From Lama glama (Eukaryota), in NCBI GenBank assembly GCA_028534125.1, contig CM052818.1, forward strand, positions 32,056,001 through 32,120,000: a stretch of DNA of 64,000 nt, written 5' to 3'. How positions within the stretch are numbered: the stretch's first letter is position 1; each line of letters opens with the position of its first letter. Below are positions 12,661 to 25,997 of the stretch, one piece after another. The position numbers were made by a program, and so were the translations under genes. The notes below the pieces were generated by a model, which was not told the origin of the DNA, did no database searches, and saw only the letters and a list, made by a program, of their open reading frames with translations.

Positions 12661-13929
12661 ATCATCCCATGGAAAGTTTCTCTGGACTTAGGCAAATCTT
12701 GGCTCTGAACTATGGTGCGAATGTCATACCATCATTACTATCTTTGCTTGTAGAAGTGAGACTTTAATAGGCTGAGGCTGTCTCTCCTGCTTCTCAGAGA
12801 CACTAACAATAAGAGCAACATTTGGGGAAGAAACAACTCTGGAGGTTTTACTTGGGGAAGAATTGGGAAAGCTATACTAATCAGGAGGAAGTAATTGAGG
12901 AACCAAGAAAACAAGGGAGTTCTCAGAGATATTACCCTTCTCTCTTTTCTTCCTCTTATTTTTTTGTTTTCACATAACAAAGAAATGTTTTCAAAAGTTC
13001 CTCTTAGGGTGTTTTCAGCATGGAGCCAAACATTTCATTATTTCTCTACATGACACATAGACAAATATAAGAGAGAAGCATTGTAAATATCTAGACCTGA
13101 AATATATCAGGTTATAGACTAGACATATTTGCTGTGATTTCCCTGTATTGATACATGGGGAACCAAGTCTAAATTTTCACAACCCCTGATGTCCACTAGA
13201 TTTTGTCCTATGTTTTCCTTTAAACATTAAACAAAAGAGAATGGAAAATAGCTGAAGAGATTGCCTGATTCTTTAAACCCTGTTGTGAGAGGATATTCAA
13301 TATATCTTAAATACATGACACATCTGTGAGTCACCCAAGATAAAATCCAGTCTTCTTAAATGGTCCTCATGAGGTTAAACTCAATAAAGGGAAATTGTTC
13401 TAGCACAGCTGTCATCACTGTCTGTGTCCTTTATTGGGTAAAATTTGCTGAGAGAATGGGGGAGGGAGTGAAGGAGGATGATGGGGGAGGGAGAGCAATC
13501 ATTTTTGGACCAAGAATTTTATTTCGATTTTTTTTCTTAAAGCTTTAACTGATTGTGTTTACTTTGACTCACCTGAAGTGATTAATAAGAGCATGGCTTC
13601 CTGAAAGTATTTTGTATCAATGTAATCAGGACATTTTTACTTAAACTTTTTTTGGTGTCCCGAGACATAATCACTAGGTCATTTTGGAATCATGTATTAT
13701 GGTCACTTGAGAAGATGAATATTATGAGTTTCAGTGAAGGAAATTAGGCCCACAGTTTAGTCTGCTCTGATTTATGAATTTCCCTTTAAGGAAATATAGT
13801 GGTAGTTGAACATAGATTTATGGAAAGTCAGTGTTGTTCAGAGAATGGTTCAGTGGAGGGAGTATTAGTCTAACAGTCAAACTTTCTATGAGTCAATATA
13901 CAAATACATGAATCTCTGGTTTCTTGTCA

Positions 13930-14040
13930 ATCATCAAAACAGCTCTTGAGCACTTAGTATCTGCTGGGCACTCTTCTAGGCCTAGTGGGAAATACATAGC
14001 AGTGTAAAGATATGGTACTTTTCCCAAGGAGCTCATACTT
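13930..14040 (-). mobile_element. L2 3' end fragment
   Basis: ttgagcacttagtat..gctgggcactcttctagg...caaggagctcata. Confidence 0.6.
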
Positions 14041-14844
14041 TCATGAAAGTGATGTCATCATGTAGCAAGCTGGCACACAAATTCCTCTGGGGAAGAAACT
14101 GCCTTTATTTGAAAAAATATCTTCATGTAGATTACTTGAGGGGCAGATAGCAGATCTAAAGTCCTAGATGTCCATGTGTTCTGTTGAAAATAGTGAGAGG
14201 ACACTTCCTGAAAGAAGAGAGAGGGGAGAAAGCACCAGTGAAGCTATCTTTGATAGTTTCTTACGGGAGGAGTGATTGAAGGAATGTAGGATCTGGCATA
14301 CCTAATGTTCACTTTGAGATTGTTTGTATTCGTTGGATGTAAATTTCTCTGAATTTATTGTTGTCCCCACCTAAAAACTATTGTATTGTAGTAGACACAG
14401 AAATTTCTTTACATAAGTATTTTTTCTGGTGGAACTCAAGGAAGGGGTCAAGTTTCACCTTGGCACCACCTTGTTACAAAACAAACATAACACTGGCATA
14501 AATGAAACAGTCCATGAGTTTGAAGCCAGAAATGGCCATGAGCACCTGGGAATTTTGGCAATTCTAATGAGAATTTGAGAATTTTAAACTTCCACAAGGT
14601 ATGGAATGGGAAGTTTAGGCTCATCTTCTCTAGACTTCAGAGGGCAGGGAAGCAGACCCTAGCTGACATTAGGATGGCATGGTCATTGAAAAGACAGCCC
14701 TATGAAAGATATAGTATGAAACCTGCTATATAAGTGAGAGTTCAGCTGATAAGAGCTTTTCTTACATTTACCTCTGTTGGGCCAACATTTCCTGCTTTGC
14801 AGATTCTGAGTGATGCAGAACAGCCATTTCAGTAAGTGTGCAAG

Positions 14845-15065
14845 TAAAGTATAGAGTGGTTACAAGGACTGTGGCGTCAAACTGCTTGAGTTCACTTCTT
14901 GACTCTATATTTATTAGCAGTATGACCTCGGGAAAATACTTTATTTCTCATATGCACAATGCAAATAGAGTCCTACCTTATAGGGTTATTGTGAAGATTA
15001 AATGATTAGTATAATACAAGGCCTTAGATCAACACCTGTAAAACCTAAACAGTTACTGTTCTTTC
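14845..15065 (+). mobile_element. MIR SINE
   Basis: gtggtta..ggcgtcaaactgcttgagttc...tgacctcggg...cctaccttatagggttattgtgaagattaaatga. Confidence 0.8.
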
Positions 15066-15227
15066 TGTTGTTAGAATTCAAAGGGATTTCACATTCATGT
15101 GTCCTCACGACATTGTCATAAACTATTCTTATCTCAGTCGTAGAAGTGGAAACATTTATTCATTCAGTGAAAATATAATGAACCAGACAGTGTGATGGGT
15201 CCTAGGGATATGTCCCAATCACAGCAT

Positions 15228-15360
15228 CAGTGCAGAATTACTTTATCATCTGTAAAATAGGAATAATAATACCTTCATGTAGGGCTCTGATGAGATTTCA
15301 ATGAGTCAACATAAATAAAATTCCTAGCATAATGCTTAGTACTCAATAAATATTGATGTT
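15228..15360 (+). mobile_element. MIR 3' half
   Basis: tcatctgtaaaataggaataataatacc...tactcaataaatatt. Confidence 0.75.
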
Positions 15361-15770
15361 TTCCCTTTCTTTCTATACCTATGTTACCAGGTGCCAGAGA
15401 GGAGCAGAGGGTAAGTAAGTGCTTTTAACCACATAAGAAAATGCCCACCATGAGGGTTTCATGGGAGAAGTCAACCAATGGAGAAGACACAGGGCGAGCA
15501 CCATGGTTTCAGTTAGGGCATCGTGTAGGAATTCCTTTATGGCCAAATGCCTTTCTGCCTTTATGACCAAAGCAGTACTTCCAGGTGGAAGTGGGGGAGG
15601 GCTGTATAATCACATTTAGGAGGAGACAAGAAGTACTGAAAATAATGGAAATGAAGAAGATCCCAAAGGGAAGAAATCAGTGCACTTTGTGCAGCTGTGC
15701 ACAGTCTTGACTAGAAGGAAGGTTCCAGCCTTCCTAGCTTCCTGCCTGCTGCATGTACCCATGTTTTTAA

Positions 15771-15905
15771 CCACCCCTTTGCTCTCCTTCTCCCCTCTTT
15801 CTTGACCTATCTCTATTTCTCCTTTTTCTTCTTCCCAGTTTCTCCTGGTTTCCCTTATCCCTCTTTTGCCCTCATTTCCTCCTGTGTATCTTTCCTTTTT
15901 TCCTT
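15771..15905. repeat. Low-complexity polypyrimidine tract
   Basis: ~135 nt almost entirely C/T. Confidence 0.85.
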
Positions 15906-18879
15906 ATTCATCACACCCCACCTATTGGAAGGAAAGAGAGGATAGTGTTAGGCATTGGTCTGAGGATTGATAGAGCTGGGTAGCTGGCATTCACAGGGTG
16001 GCCCCAGCCCCACAGGTGACTTCTGGATAAGAGTGGCCTTCAGGGGGAACAGCTCAGGCCTGTCTTGGCTACTCTTCTTGGACTGTTTGTTCCTTTCTCC
16101 CCTGAATAAATTGAACACAGATGACTCAGGCTTTAAAGTGTTCTTTGATCTGTGTTCACAGTCAGTCCAAATGCTTTCCTTATTCAGCTGGTACAGCATC
16201 TCCTGGACCAAAGTTTAATTATACAACCTAGTCAGTGAGCATGTCTGAGAGTCTATGGGTGCAGAACCCCGGCTGGGTACTGGTACTGGGTCCCTAAGGG
16301 ACACTCCTCTCACCTCCATTTTCCTCCTTACATCAGGGTCTTGCTTGTGAAGGTCAAGGCTTCCTTCCCAAATTGTATATATTAAAAGGCTGTTTATTTT
16401 ATGAGGTCCTGGGATGGGAGTGTTGATCTTTTCAAAAGGTGTATTCTAGCTAATAATACAGAGAATTAGGATATGTTAAAAAAAAAAGGCTATATTAGGG
16501 CAAAGAAAAGGGAGACAGCACAGAAGAGGTGAGGAGAGATGAGACAAAGTGAGAAGATGGAAAAGAACACAGGGAGCACAGATAGGAAGAGAAAAGAGGG
16601 AGGTGGGGTATCTCTAAGAGACTGGTTAAATTGCTTATAGTAAATTTTTTATGAAGCTCAAGACCTGAAAATAAAAATAGATATAAACACAGATTCATAT
16701 ATACATAAATACATAAATTAAATTTTTAAGAACTAACATGGGTCTAGTCTCAGCCTTGAGAGTCTAGGTAATTTGCTTCATTTCCCTGAACTTATCTCCT
16801 GATGTAGAACACAGCAGTTTGAATGCCTCACCTTCCTGCTCATATAAAGTGTGTGGCAAACTTTTGTGAGCAGTCCAGTTTCTATGCAATGCTAAGTCAC
16901 AGTAGATGGCAGTGGCAACTCACAGCGTAGACTCCATCCCATCTCCTCAACTCACTTTTCCGAGGCAAAGGCGCCTGCTCCCAGATGCAGTCGTGTTAGT
17001 CATGCACACTGCCTAATTGGGACCCTCACCAACTGATTTGCCATGGGACATGAAGTGCTGTCTGTAAATGCAATGCTAATTTCCTTAAGTAGCATTGTTC
17101 CCGGTGAGACTGCAAATCTCCCTATCAGCCACTAATTCTTTTGTTTGAATGGTTTTAGAGGATCTGCAGTCATTCCTGTTAACTAACTGCAGCAGGCTTG
17201 ACAGTGAATATGTGTGCTGGGAGATGGCAGGAGAAGGACCCCACAGTTCTTGAGCACCTGCATAGACATTAAAACTTGGGCTTTAACTTCATGGTCTCTT
17301 GTTCAAAAGGAGACGGAGGGAAGGCAACTGTGAAAGCCCAGTAAGATGTATGTGGTGACTTGAGATAATGAGCCCCTCCCCAACTTGATTTTTTCTTTTT
17401 GCTGAAAACTTTATAACCTTAGGCAAAATAGAAGAGACTTAAAAACCACAGCAGCTGAACAGTAGCTTAAACTGGCTCAAAGAGGGGGTTAAACTTACGG
17501 TGCCTGTTTTAATGGAGTTTATGGGCCTCTTTATCTTGGTCTATTCTAGGGTGAGTATGTAATAAATACTATATATGTGTGTATATATTACACAAAGCAT
17601 ATAATTAAGAAAATATATATCACTTAATCCACCCTAGAAAGTAAATGTACTAGCATGAATATGCATGCTGAACAGAATGACGTTCATTATACTTACATAT
17701 TATATGTCTTTAAAAATGCTAGTACTTTTTTGAGGCCAGGTCAACCTCTGTACAAATATGTGGGTATTTTGTTCGAGTGCTTTCTTTACCTTGGCTCACC
17801 CATCTCTGAAGAGGGGCTATACCAGGCCACTGATATCTTTCTGAGAGGATACTCAGTAGTATGTGTCAAATGCTTGACATTTCTGTGAGAAAGGTTATAT
17901 TTATTAACTCATATTTCCTAATGCTAGAAAAGATGCTGAATGAGCATCCTTTCATGCAGGTGAATAGTTCAGATGAGCTAAGGGAAGCTGGAGATGTTAA
18001 GAGAAGTTAACACCTGGAGAAGTTAAGCAATCTTATCATGGCTTCAGAGCTTTTCAGTGGGAGAGCTGGCCCTGTAGTTTGGATAGGACTTCTGCAGGCC
18101 AGCACATTGTTCATGGCACTGTGGCACTCTGCTTATTTAAATGATATATAGAGGCAGAAAAAACCCTCATTCTAAGTATTTTTGTTTCCTTTGTATCTTG
18201 TGGAATTGCTAGTCTCTTGGCCCACCTTGAGTGGACCATGGAATTGGGGGGAGAAGCAAGAACCTCAGAAACTCATGTTTTTTCAGCCTTGTAGTTGGCC
18301 ACACCTCCTACTCCCAGAACCAAGACATGTGCATGTCCTGGAGACACGCCCGCCATCCCTCCAGCTGTTCAGTTGAGTGAGACAGATGCTCTGGTCAGCA
18401 AGTGACCTGCAGTGCTGGCAAAAATTAATTAACTTGCTATGGAACTAATAATAAGCTGCTGGTTTGTTTTTTCTTTCCCCAACACTAGTTGCCAAAGAGT
18501 TTTTCATTATGGGGCTGAATGCTTCCTTTGTAACCAGAATAACCTCATTAGTTACAGTCCCATCATGGCTGGAGAGTTAGACAACAAATCACTGTTTCCT
18601 CTTCAGCCACCATGACCTACGGTGTCATCGTTCACTCTCTTGCTGGAAGGAGTTTCTCTCTACCCTCAACATTTTGCATCCCTTCTTCAATGTCTCTTTC
18701 AGAAGTGACTTTCAAACATACCTGCTTACAGTTTTTTTCTTGACAGCAGAGCTGTTTTGTGTTTGTTGACCCAAGGATTTGTTGGAAAAAAAATAATTCT
18801 GGCTGCTCCATGTCCAAACACCCAACTCCCCTGGCCCTTTTGCCCAGCCACCTTGGGTTGGTGCTCTGCCATTTTAATT

Positions 18880-19088
18880 CATGTTTGCCGTGTACTTTAC
18901 AGTGTGCACATCAATATCAAAGCCATCTTTAGTCTTCACAACAACTCTTCATGCTATCTCCATTTTACAGATGAGGTCATTGAGGCTCACAGAGGTAACA
19001 TTCAGAGTTATGCTTCTATTGAAAGATGCAACTGGTATAAAGACCAGGGCTTCTGACTTCAAGTCAAGTGCTCTTTCTAACCTACCAC
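18880..19088 (-). mobile_element. MIR SINE
   Basis: ccattttacagatgagg...tgaggctcacagaggt...tctgacttcaagtcaagtgctctt. Confidence 0.8.
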
Positions 19089-19624
19089 GGCTGTCTCTTG
19101 GTCCCTTGTTTTCCCATGTTATTGTTATAGTCCAAATTTTACATTCCCCTCCCACTACTCTCTTCCACCATAGTCCTGTTGCTCCTTTTTTATTTTTTTT
19201 AAAGACTTTTGGGCCCATCTAATTGTCTTTAAGTCACCATAATTTAGGTGGCAGGGGAGGGGCACTGGATTGCCAAGAAACACCCCAGGTGGCTCACCCT
19301 CCCTGCAACTTCAGATATCTTGCTTCAAGCTGTCAGCTTACTCAAACCGATGTTCTAGTCCTTGATGGATACTTCGTGTGAGTGCTTAGTGAGGAGGAGA
19401 AAATGAGGAGGCAGACCAGGGAGACACTGTGCTCCTTAACTAAAAAGGAAAATGTTTCAAAATTCCTTCCTTGAACAGTTTTATTCCATGCAAAATGATA
19501 TGGAGAATGAGGACCAAGGACAGTGAGTCTGTGATGGGGACCCATGGGCTCCAACGCTCCAGGTCTACTTCAGCACAGGGTATAGATTTTCCTCCCTCCT
19601 CCCTCACTAGATGCTGAGTTTTCC

Positions 19625-19870
19625 CATAGAGACTCCAGACTCAGGGTCAGACTGCCCAGCTTTAAATTCTGACTTTACTGTTTACTTGCTGTTTAACTTT
19701 GAACAGGTCACGTAACCTCTCTGTGGTGTGGTATTTCAGATTCCTTGTGTGTAAAGTTGAGACAATAATAATCTCAACTCCATAGGGTTGTTATATAAAA
19801 TAAATTAATAAATGTGTGTCAAAATGCTTGGCACACAGTTAATATTTAATAAATATTAGCCAGTACTATT
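19625..19870 (+). mobile_element. MIR SINE
   Basis: gtcagactgcc...taacctctctgtg...catagggttgtt...ttggcacacagt..aataaatattagc. Confidence 0.8.
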
Positions 19871-20087
19871 ACATTAGCTTAGATTACATTAGATTTAACA
19901 TTTTTTTTCTTTCAATATGTTCCCCTGGGTGTGGGAAGAAATGTGTGTACATACGTTAGTCAGGTTTCAAAACATGCTTATGGTCATTAGTTCTTCTAAT
20001 AGTGTTCTGCAGGATAGAAATTTAAAGTGCTTGATTTGGGATGGTTTCAGTATATTTGTATACTATTAGAGTTGGAAGACACTTTAA

Positions 20088-20129
20088 TGTGTGTATGTGT
20101 GTGTGTATATATATGTGTATGTGTGTGTG

Positions 20130-20168
<39 letters not shown>
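20088..20168. repeat. Compound microsatellite (TG/TATG)n followed by ~(TA)17
   Basis: Direct reading; pure TA run 20134-20168. Confidence 0.97.
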
Positions 20169-20170
<2 letters not shown>

Positions 20171-20349
20171 CTTCTATATTATTCAGTCAATCTCTCTACT
20201 ATTCTAGTGAGGACATGAGAGATGGAGTTAGAGACTATTGTCTTTAAGTACTTCATATATATGTATAAAACTTTATATAATGTATATGAACTTTATATAA
20301 TATATATTATACATAATATAGAATGTATCTAATACATATATTAGGTTGG

Positions 20350-20515
20350 GTTTATTAAAGTATTTAATGTACAAATTTACATTTGTAAAATTTACCTTTT
20401 GTAGTGTACAGTCCCATGAGTTTTGAAAAAAAAAACACCAGCAGTTGTGAAACCACCAACACAATCAAGAAAAAAATTTCTGCCACCTCAATAATTTCTC
20501 TCATACCTCCTCTGT
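20350..20515 (-). mobile_element. L1M (L1MB-like) 3' end fragment
   Basis: tttatt...gtgtacagtcccatgagttttga...accaccaacacaatcaaga. Confidence 0.65.
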
Positions 20516-20869
20516 TCATTTGAATTTGTATATACGCATAAGCTTTTGACTCTCAGATAGAATTATATATTCTTAGAAAAAGAAGTCTATGGATGCAGCT
20601 ATGGATATAGATATATGGACACAGGCATTTAGCAGAATGGAGACAACTCCTTTCACCCAATTTTTGGCTGTTGTATGATCATATGTCAATCAATAGAGCA
20701 ATGAAAGAAGTATTGAGAAACTTGAGGTTGAATTCAGCATTTTCCCAAATTGTTTAAACTCAGTCCCTCAGAAAAGAGAGATTAATTTTAATAATTTTAA
20801 TTTTTTTCTACAAAGAGTGTCTAGATCCATTTATAACTGTTCAAAAGCAAAATATGTTTGTGAGTTCTG

Positions 20870-20902
20870 TTCTTTTCTTTTCTTTTCTTTTCTTTTCTTT
20901 TC
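20870..20902. repeat. (TTTTC)6 microsatellite
   Basis: Direct reading. Confidence 0.95.
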
Positions 20903-22334
20903 AAGAAACCTGGTCTCTGGATGGAACCAATTGAGATTTTACATCACAAGGTGAGGGTGGTAAAGTCCAGAGATCATGGGCCTAGAACGTTAAAGGACTA
21001 TCTTCTTGCCTCATGTGGTCATTGCTGAGCCCTTCTAGGCCTCCCTGGACATAGCTCAGAATAATCAGAGGGAGGACTTGATGATACCCTCACGGAGTCT
21101 GTTGTTAGTAAGATTTCAATGTTAGTGTAGATCTCCTAAACTACTATTTTCAATATATTTTCAAGTACCCATAAGATTGGCTTGGAGAAACACCATAGGG
21201 AGCTGGTATATTATACTTTACCATTCCATTGGGCATCTTGATATCTTTCCAAAACCATGAAGCTCTAAGCAATTTAATTAGGTCCACAAAATACACAGTT
21301 TCTAGTTTCTCTGAATCTCTATTTTATTAATCCCACCATATTCAGTACCTACCACCATTTTTACAGTATTCCAAAATTGCCACTTTTCCACCTGCAGGAG
21401 TGTCTTGAGATCACTTTTCTCTAATCTAGACACACAGAACCTTCTTAGACTTGGAGGGTTGATAAATCAGAGACAAATATGACTTAACTCTCTTTGATTT
21501 TTTTACATTTCTGATAGTATTTTTAAATTTTTCTTTGAATTCTATTTCTGCAAACCAATATCTGGTCTTCAGTAGCTCTAATTCACTAAGCTTCTTGAAG
21601 ATGTCTCTAGTTGCTAGAACAAAAGAACTTGTTTTATTGGCCTACAGTAAGCTACCAATGACAGAAGCAGCCAGTTTGTCATCTTTTTTTTATTAATAGA
21701 CGTCAGTAATTGATGAGGACTTTTTTTTCAACCACTGGTATATTTTTTAAATGGATTGATTCTGGGGCATTTCAGTTCATTTAGTGACAATGTCTTAAGA
21801 AGTAGAATGTGACTGTAATCAATTTTCATTATCATTGTGTAGCTAATAGGGCTAAAAATAAGAACTCTTAATTTGCTGTGGCATGATTGATTATCCAAGA
21901 AGAATATGGAAATAACGTCCTTTAATATGCCTAGAGAGTTACATTAGACCTTTAAATTTTTCATCTTCAAAACATATCACTTCCTGTAATTTTCTATCCA
22001 CTAATAAAACAAAGCAGGACTTTTAACATCACTTTTCTCTGGCTCTTAATTTCAATAGATTATCTCTGGTTGCAATTTTCATATTCAGTGCTCCCCTACA
22101 TACAACCTCATGGCCAAAGCTTTCTTTTTTGTAGATTCTCTCCATCCTTGTTTCTCCTGAAATAATTCTTTGAAACCATGCTAGATTTGGAAGACCCAAA
22201 GCAGCTTCCTAGAGTGCTGACTCCACTTGTGTAATACGTTCTTTCTAGACTAAAAGTAGGCCATTTGGAGGGATTCGTCATGCAGCCCCCAAGGTGATAT
22301 GGTAAAGACAAATTTGAACACCATAAGGTCTCAT

Positions 22335-22545
22335 GAACAAAGTAGTAGGCTGGGAATAAGGGGACATTGAGTCAAGCCCCAACTCTGTTCTGTCATTTTG
22401 GCCAACTCTTAGTCTTTGGGGTTTTATCTTCCTCATCTGTAAAATGAATACTAATGCCCATCCTGTCTCACAGAGTTGTTGAGATATGCCAGTAATACAA
22501 TGTGCATAAAGTTCCTTTATAACTATAAAATTCTGTATATTGTTC
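22335..22545 (+). mobile_element. MIR SINE
   Basis: ttcctcatctgtaaaatgaa...ctcacagagttgttgaga. Confidence 0.75.
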
Positions 22546-22654
22546 TTATTACTTCTCATATTCTCTATTTTGTGTCTTCTGTTTTTTATACCTTACACCT
22601 TTCCCTATACCATTCCTTTCCAAGAAAACTTTGGTTACCCTTTTCTCCTGCCTG

Positions 22655-22850
22655 CTGTTTATTGAGCATCTACCCATATCTGGTCCTTTGGGATACACTG
22701 ATGCATTGAACTATACAGTATCTCTGTGGAATACTTATTGCTATGACCTTTTATAGACAAGAGACTGATGTTTGAATTAAGTTAACTTAGGTAAGCAAGT
22801 GGTAGAGTCATGATTTGAACTGAAGACTATTTGATTCTAGGGCACTGTTC
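22655..22850 (-). mobile_element. MIR SINE fragment
   Basis: tttattgagcatctac...aagtggtagagtcatgatttgaact. Confidence 0.6.
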
Positions 22851-23385
22851 CTCAATAGAATATTTCTCAAGTCTAAAGAGGTTGCTTTTTCTTGGCCTGG
22901 TCTAATTAAAAGACATGATGTACTCAAAGACAGAGCCAAAGGAACAGGAATTGGAGAAAGTCCCAATGGGTAAATTGATGGCTCTCTTCCTCTTTAGAAA
23001 TCAGTGTTTCTTGTGGCCTTCAAACTATTCAGGAAATTTTCATTATGGGAAAGGGTGGCTCGCAGTAGAACACCTTTGTCATTCTCTCCTTTCATTTTAA
23101 ATCACTGTTATACAAAGAGAATTTCTTACCACTTCATTAACCAGCTTCAGTCATTTTTTTGCTCTATTACTGGCAGGAAACTCTAAGCTGGGGCTGAGGG
23201 TTTGGGGGGTTCCCAACCTGAGGATTCATGCCTGGGAGCTATGATAAGGAATCCCAAAATCTTTCTGTGTATTGAAAAGATAAAATGTCTCACCCTTCTG
23301 GATGCTATTTTCCAAAAATATATAGAAGCACTACAGTGAGGAACAAAAAACAAATTCATTTAAGAGCATCACTAAATTCACAGGA

Positions 23386-24175
23386 CAGTAGAAACTCTCT
23401 TAATTAACCTTGACTTTACCAACCCATTGTATTAACCATTCCCTCTGTAAAGCATTCTGATTGATATCCACAGCAGCCTGAACATTCGAGATCAACAGGC
23501 TATTCTCTAGCATACCTTCACTCTTCTGCAGCCATCAGTTAAGATATTAGCTTCCCAAGAGTCCCTTGTTGTCTTTGTTCTCAAAGATATTTATGGTAAT
23601 TACAAAGTTCAGTTACAATACCAGAAGAGAGCTATTGTTTCTATGAAATGAAAATTCAGTTGAATGCTTTGGAAAGATTCAATAAAGGCATGCCACTAAA
23701 AAAGAAGTTGCTGCTGAATGGTGCATGGCCACTGAGAAAGGCTTTGTGGGTTGTCACTGCACAGTTCCGAGGAATGCTTTGGATCAAGCCCCCTAGAGTT
23801 GTATAGGGCACAACCACAAAGCGGTGCACAGAGCCTTTGCATTGAGAGTAAAATGATAGTAAAAGTTTGGAAAGAAAAGCACTAATATCTCTAAGAAGTC
23901 TCTATTCAAAATTCTCTGCAAATTTTTTTTAGGTTCTTATTCTTCTTTATATAAACCCAAATGGAAAATTATGGACAATGCATTATGGGTATGGTGACTG
24001 TAAGAAAGATGACTCACAAGCACAGGACTTGGGCCCTATATCAAGATTAGTATATGAATATATATATATACACATAATTTCTAGTTAAAATAGAAAGTTT
24101 AAGGTATCTCATTTTATGATTCTTTGACTAAACTGGTTTTTTTAATTAATACAGGAACTACTAGTCCCTGGGCAC
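23386..24175 (+). mobile_element. Tigger (TcMar-Tigger, Tigger13a-like) DNA transposon remnant
   Basis: CAGTAGAA terminus; relic CENP-B-type HTH coding (ttgaatgctttggaaagattcaataaagg = LNALERFNKG; KPKWKIMDNALWVW). Confidence 0.75.
23720..23842. mobile_element. MER91-like hAT MITE nested in the Tigger
   Basis: gttgtcactgcacag...gccccctagagttgtatagggcacaacc interrupts the Tigger HTH relic. Confidence 0.55.
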
Positions 24176-25860
24176 TCTAGCTGTTGCTTGTTTTACCTGT
24201 TTTCAACCAGCAGATGCTCAGAGTACAGCCAAAATTGTGTCATGGAGGGTGGTCTGTGAAAAGTTTTGAAGTTACAAAGTAGATTTGTTTTGGTGGCACT
24301 TAGCTAGCTCTTAACTGATCACAGGGTTAGTAATGCTGTTATTGTTGAAGAGGGGACCTAGATTCCTACAAACACCCGTATCAGTTTCTGTGCATGGCAC
24401 ACACTCCCTGAACAGTCCACACCACTGTTGTTTCGAGAGCTCCAAGTCACTAGCAGACTCTGCATTCTCCATAATTACACCCAATTTTCCAATTGAATTA
24501 TCACATGATTTAATTCTTTGACTGCCTCTGGAGAGCATCAGCACTGTGCAGCTGTTGCAGCTTCAAGAGCTAATTGTTGCTAAGCTCATTAAAAGTAGCC
24601 CTATTGCAGTGCACTGGAGTCAGAAAGGGAGGGGGTGCAAACTTTCATTTCCCATTTTCTTTTTGGTTGAATCATCACCCAAACAGCCTGAGGGGTAGAA
24701 AACATATAAGCTCTTTTCACATGGAGACCTCATCGGGTATGGTTACTGTCACTGGATGAAAGCCCTTAAGTGAGTCAGACATACACAGATACCAAAATAC
24801 ACAGAGACCTGAAAGCTTTATTTGGCATGTCTCAGAGAATCATGACAAATAAGATTAGGTTAGAAATTAAAGGCTCTGTTAAAGGGGAGGCAGTACATCA
24901 TTTAAAAAGGAGGCCAATTGTTGATAAGATACCAAGACATCTGAAGACCCCCAAATCTTAGTTCCAGTAAGGAACTACCATATACCTGTCACCCTACCCA
25001 TGTGTTACATTCACGTTAATATGTTTCCATAGAGAGTCTACTATGTGCATAGTCATTTGAAGGCTTCAGTATAAGTATTTCCTGATGTTCATCTTGAATC
25101 TCTTGTTATATGGTATCTTAAAGTCAGAGATCTGAAACCATGAAAGGCATGGATTGGATATCTCCCTTTTTTCCTTTCTTTCCTTATGGTTCCAAGCATT
25201 TGGAGTTTGATTCCCAAAGAATCTTCATCCTGTGCCTTGATTTTTACACATAGGCTGTACACATAGGCTCTATTTTTATATGAAAGATGAAAATGATGAG
25301 TTCATTAAAAGATACCAGGGATAGTATCTCTAAACTGAAGAATGGCTGGAGAGGAAAGTAGGCTATGGGGGTGCCATATGTAAAGGCTGAAGGATGGAAG
25401 TGGGTCAACTGAAGGGAAGAATAGAGGGACCCAAAATGGACTCTAAAGAGTTCAGGAGATAGGCAGAGGTGAGGTCATGGGTTTGTACCGTACCAACTAC
25501 AAGGGGATTAAGGGAGAGTCTGTATCCTGAATGGTGAGATTTCTCCCCACCCCAAGACTTCAGAAGAGTTGCAGTCAGGCTTACGTCCTCCTACCCAGGA
25601 AGGAAAGCAGAAGGGTCCTCCATGAAGAGATTGACAAGCCCAGGAGAAAAATCTATTGATATTGACAAGGGAGGGGGAACTTTTTACACAATGAGTAGGT
25701 TCTGGCCCAGTCACCCTCCTGTGAGGTTTACAGGCAATGACTTTCATCCATGCGCACAGAGATTCCAACTGACTTTTCATTTCTCCCAATATTAAATGAG
25801 AAAGGACAACCAAAGACTACCAGACAATTGATGATAGAGTTCTAAAAGAAAAAACAAAAC

Positions 25861-25997
25861 GGGGGGGGGTGGTAGAGGGTGGGAAGGGATAGACTGGGAT
25901 TTCAAAATTGTAGAATAGATAAACAAGATTACACTGTATAGCACAGGGAAATATACACAAAATGTTATGATAAATCACAGAGAAAAAATGTGAAAAA
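25861..25997 (+). mobile_element. Young camelid-type L1, extreme 5' truncation (~137 bp), perfect 17-bp TSD
   Basis: 3'UTR gggaagggatagactgggatttcaaaattgtagaatagataaacaagatt closely matches copy at ~29030; TSD aaaagaaaaaacaaaac at 25844-25860 and 25998-26014. Confidence 0.93.

Noticed and set aside
17544..17639. 10-bp inverted repeat ttctagggtg/caccctagaa resembling hAT-Blackjack ends
   Set aside because: Interior is TA-rich low-complexity sequence unlike MER81/MER94, and there is no TSD
18606..18743. GCCACCATG after an acceptor-like tttcctcttcag, 43-aa ORF
   Set aside because: No recognisable protein features and no supporting exon structure; consistent with chance
20041..20247. ORF with CMCVCIYIYIY repeats
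   Set aside because: Translation of a TG/TA microsatellite
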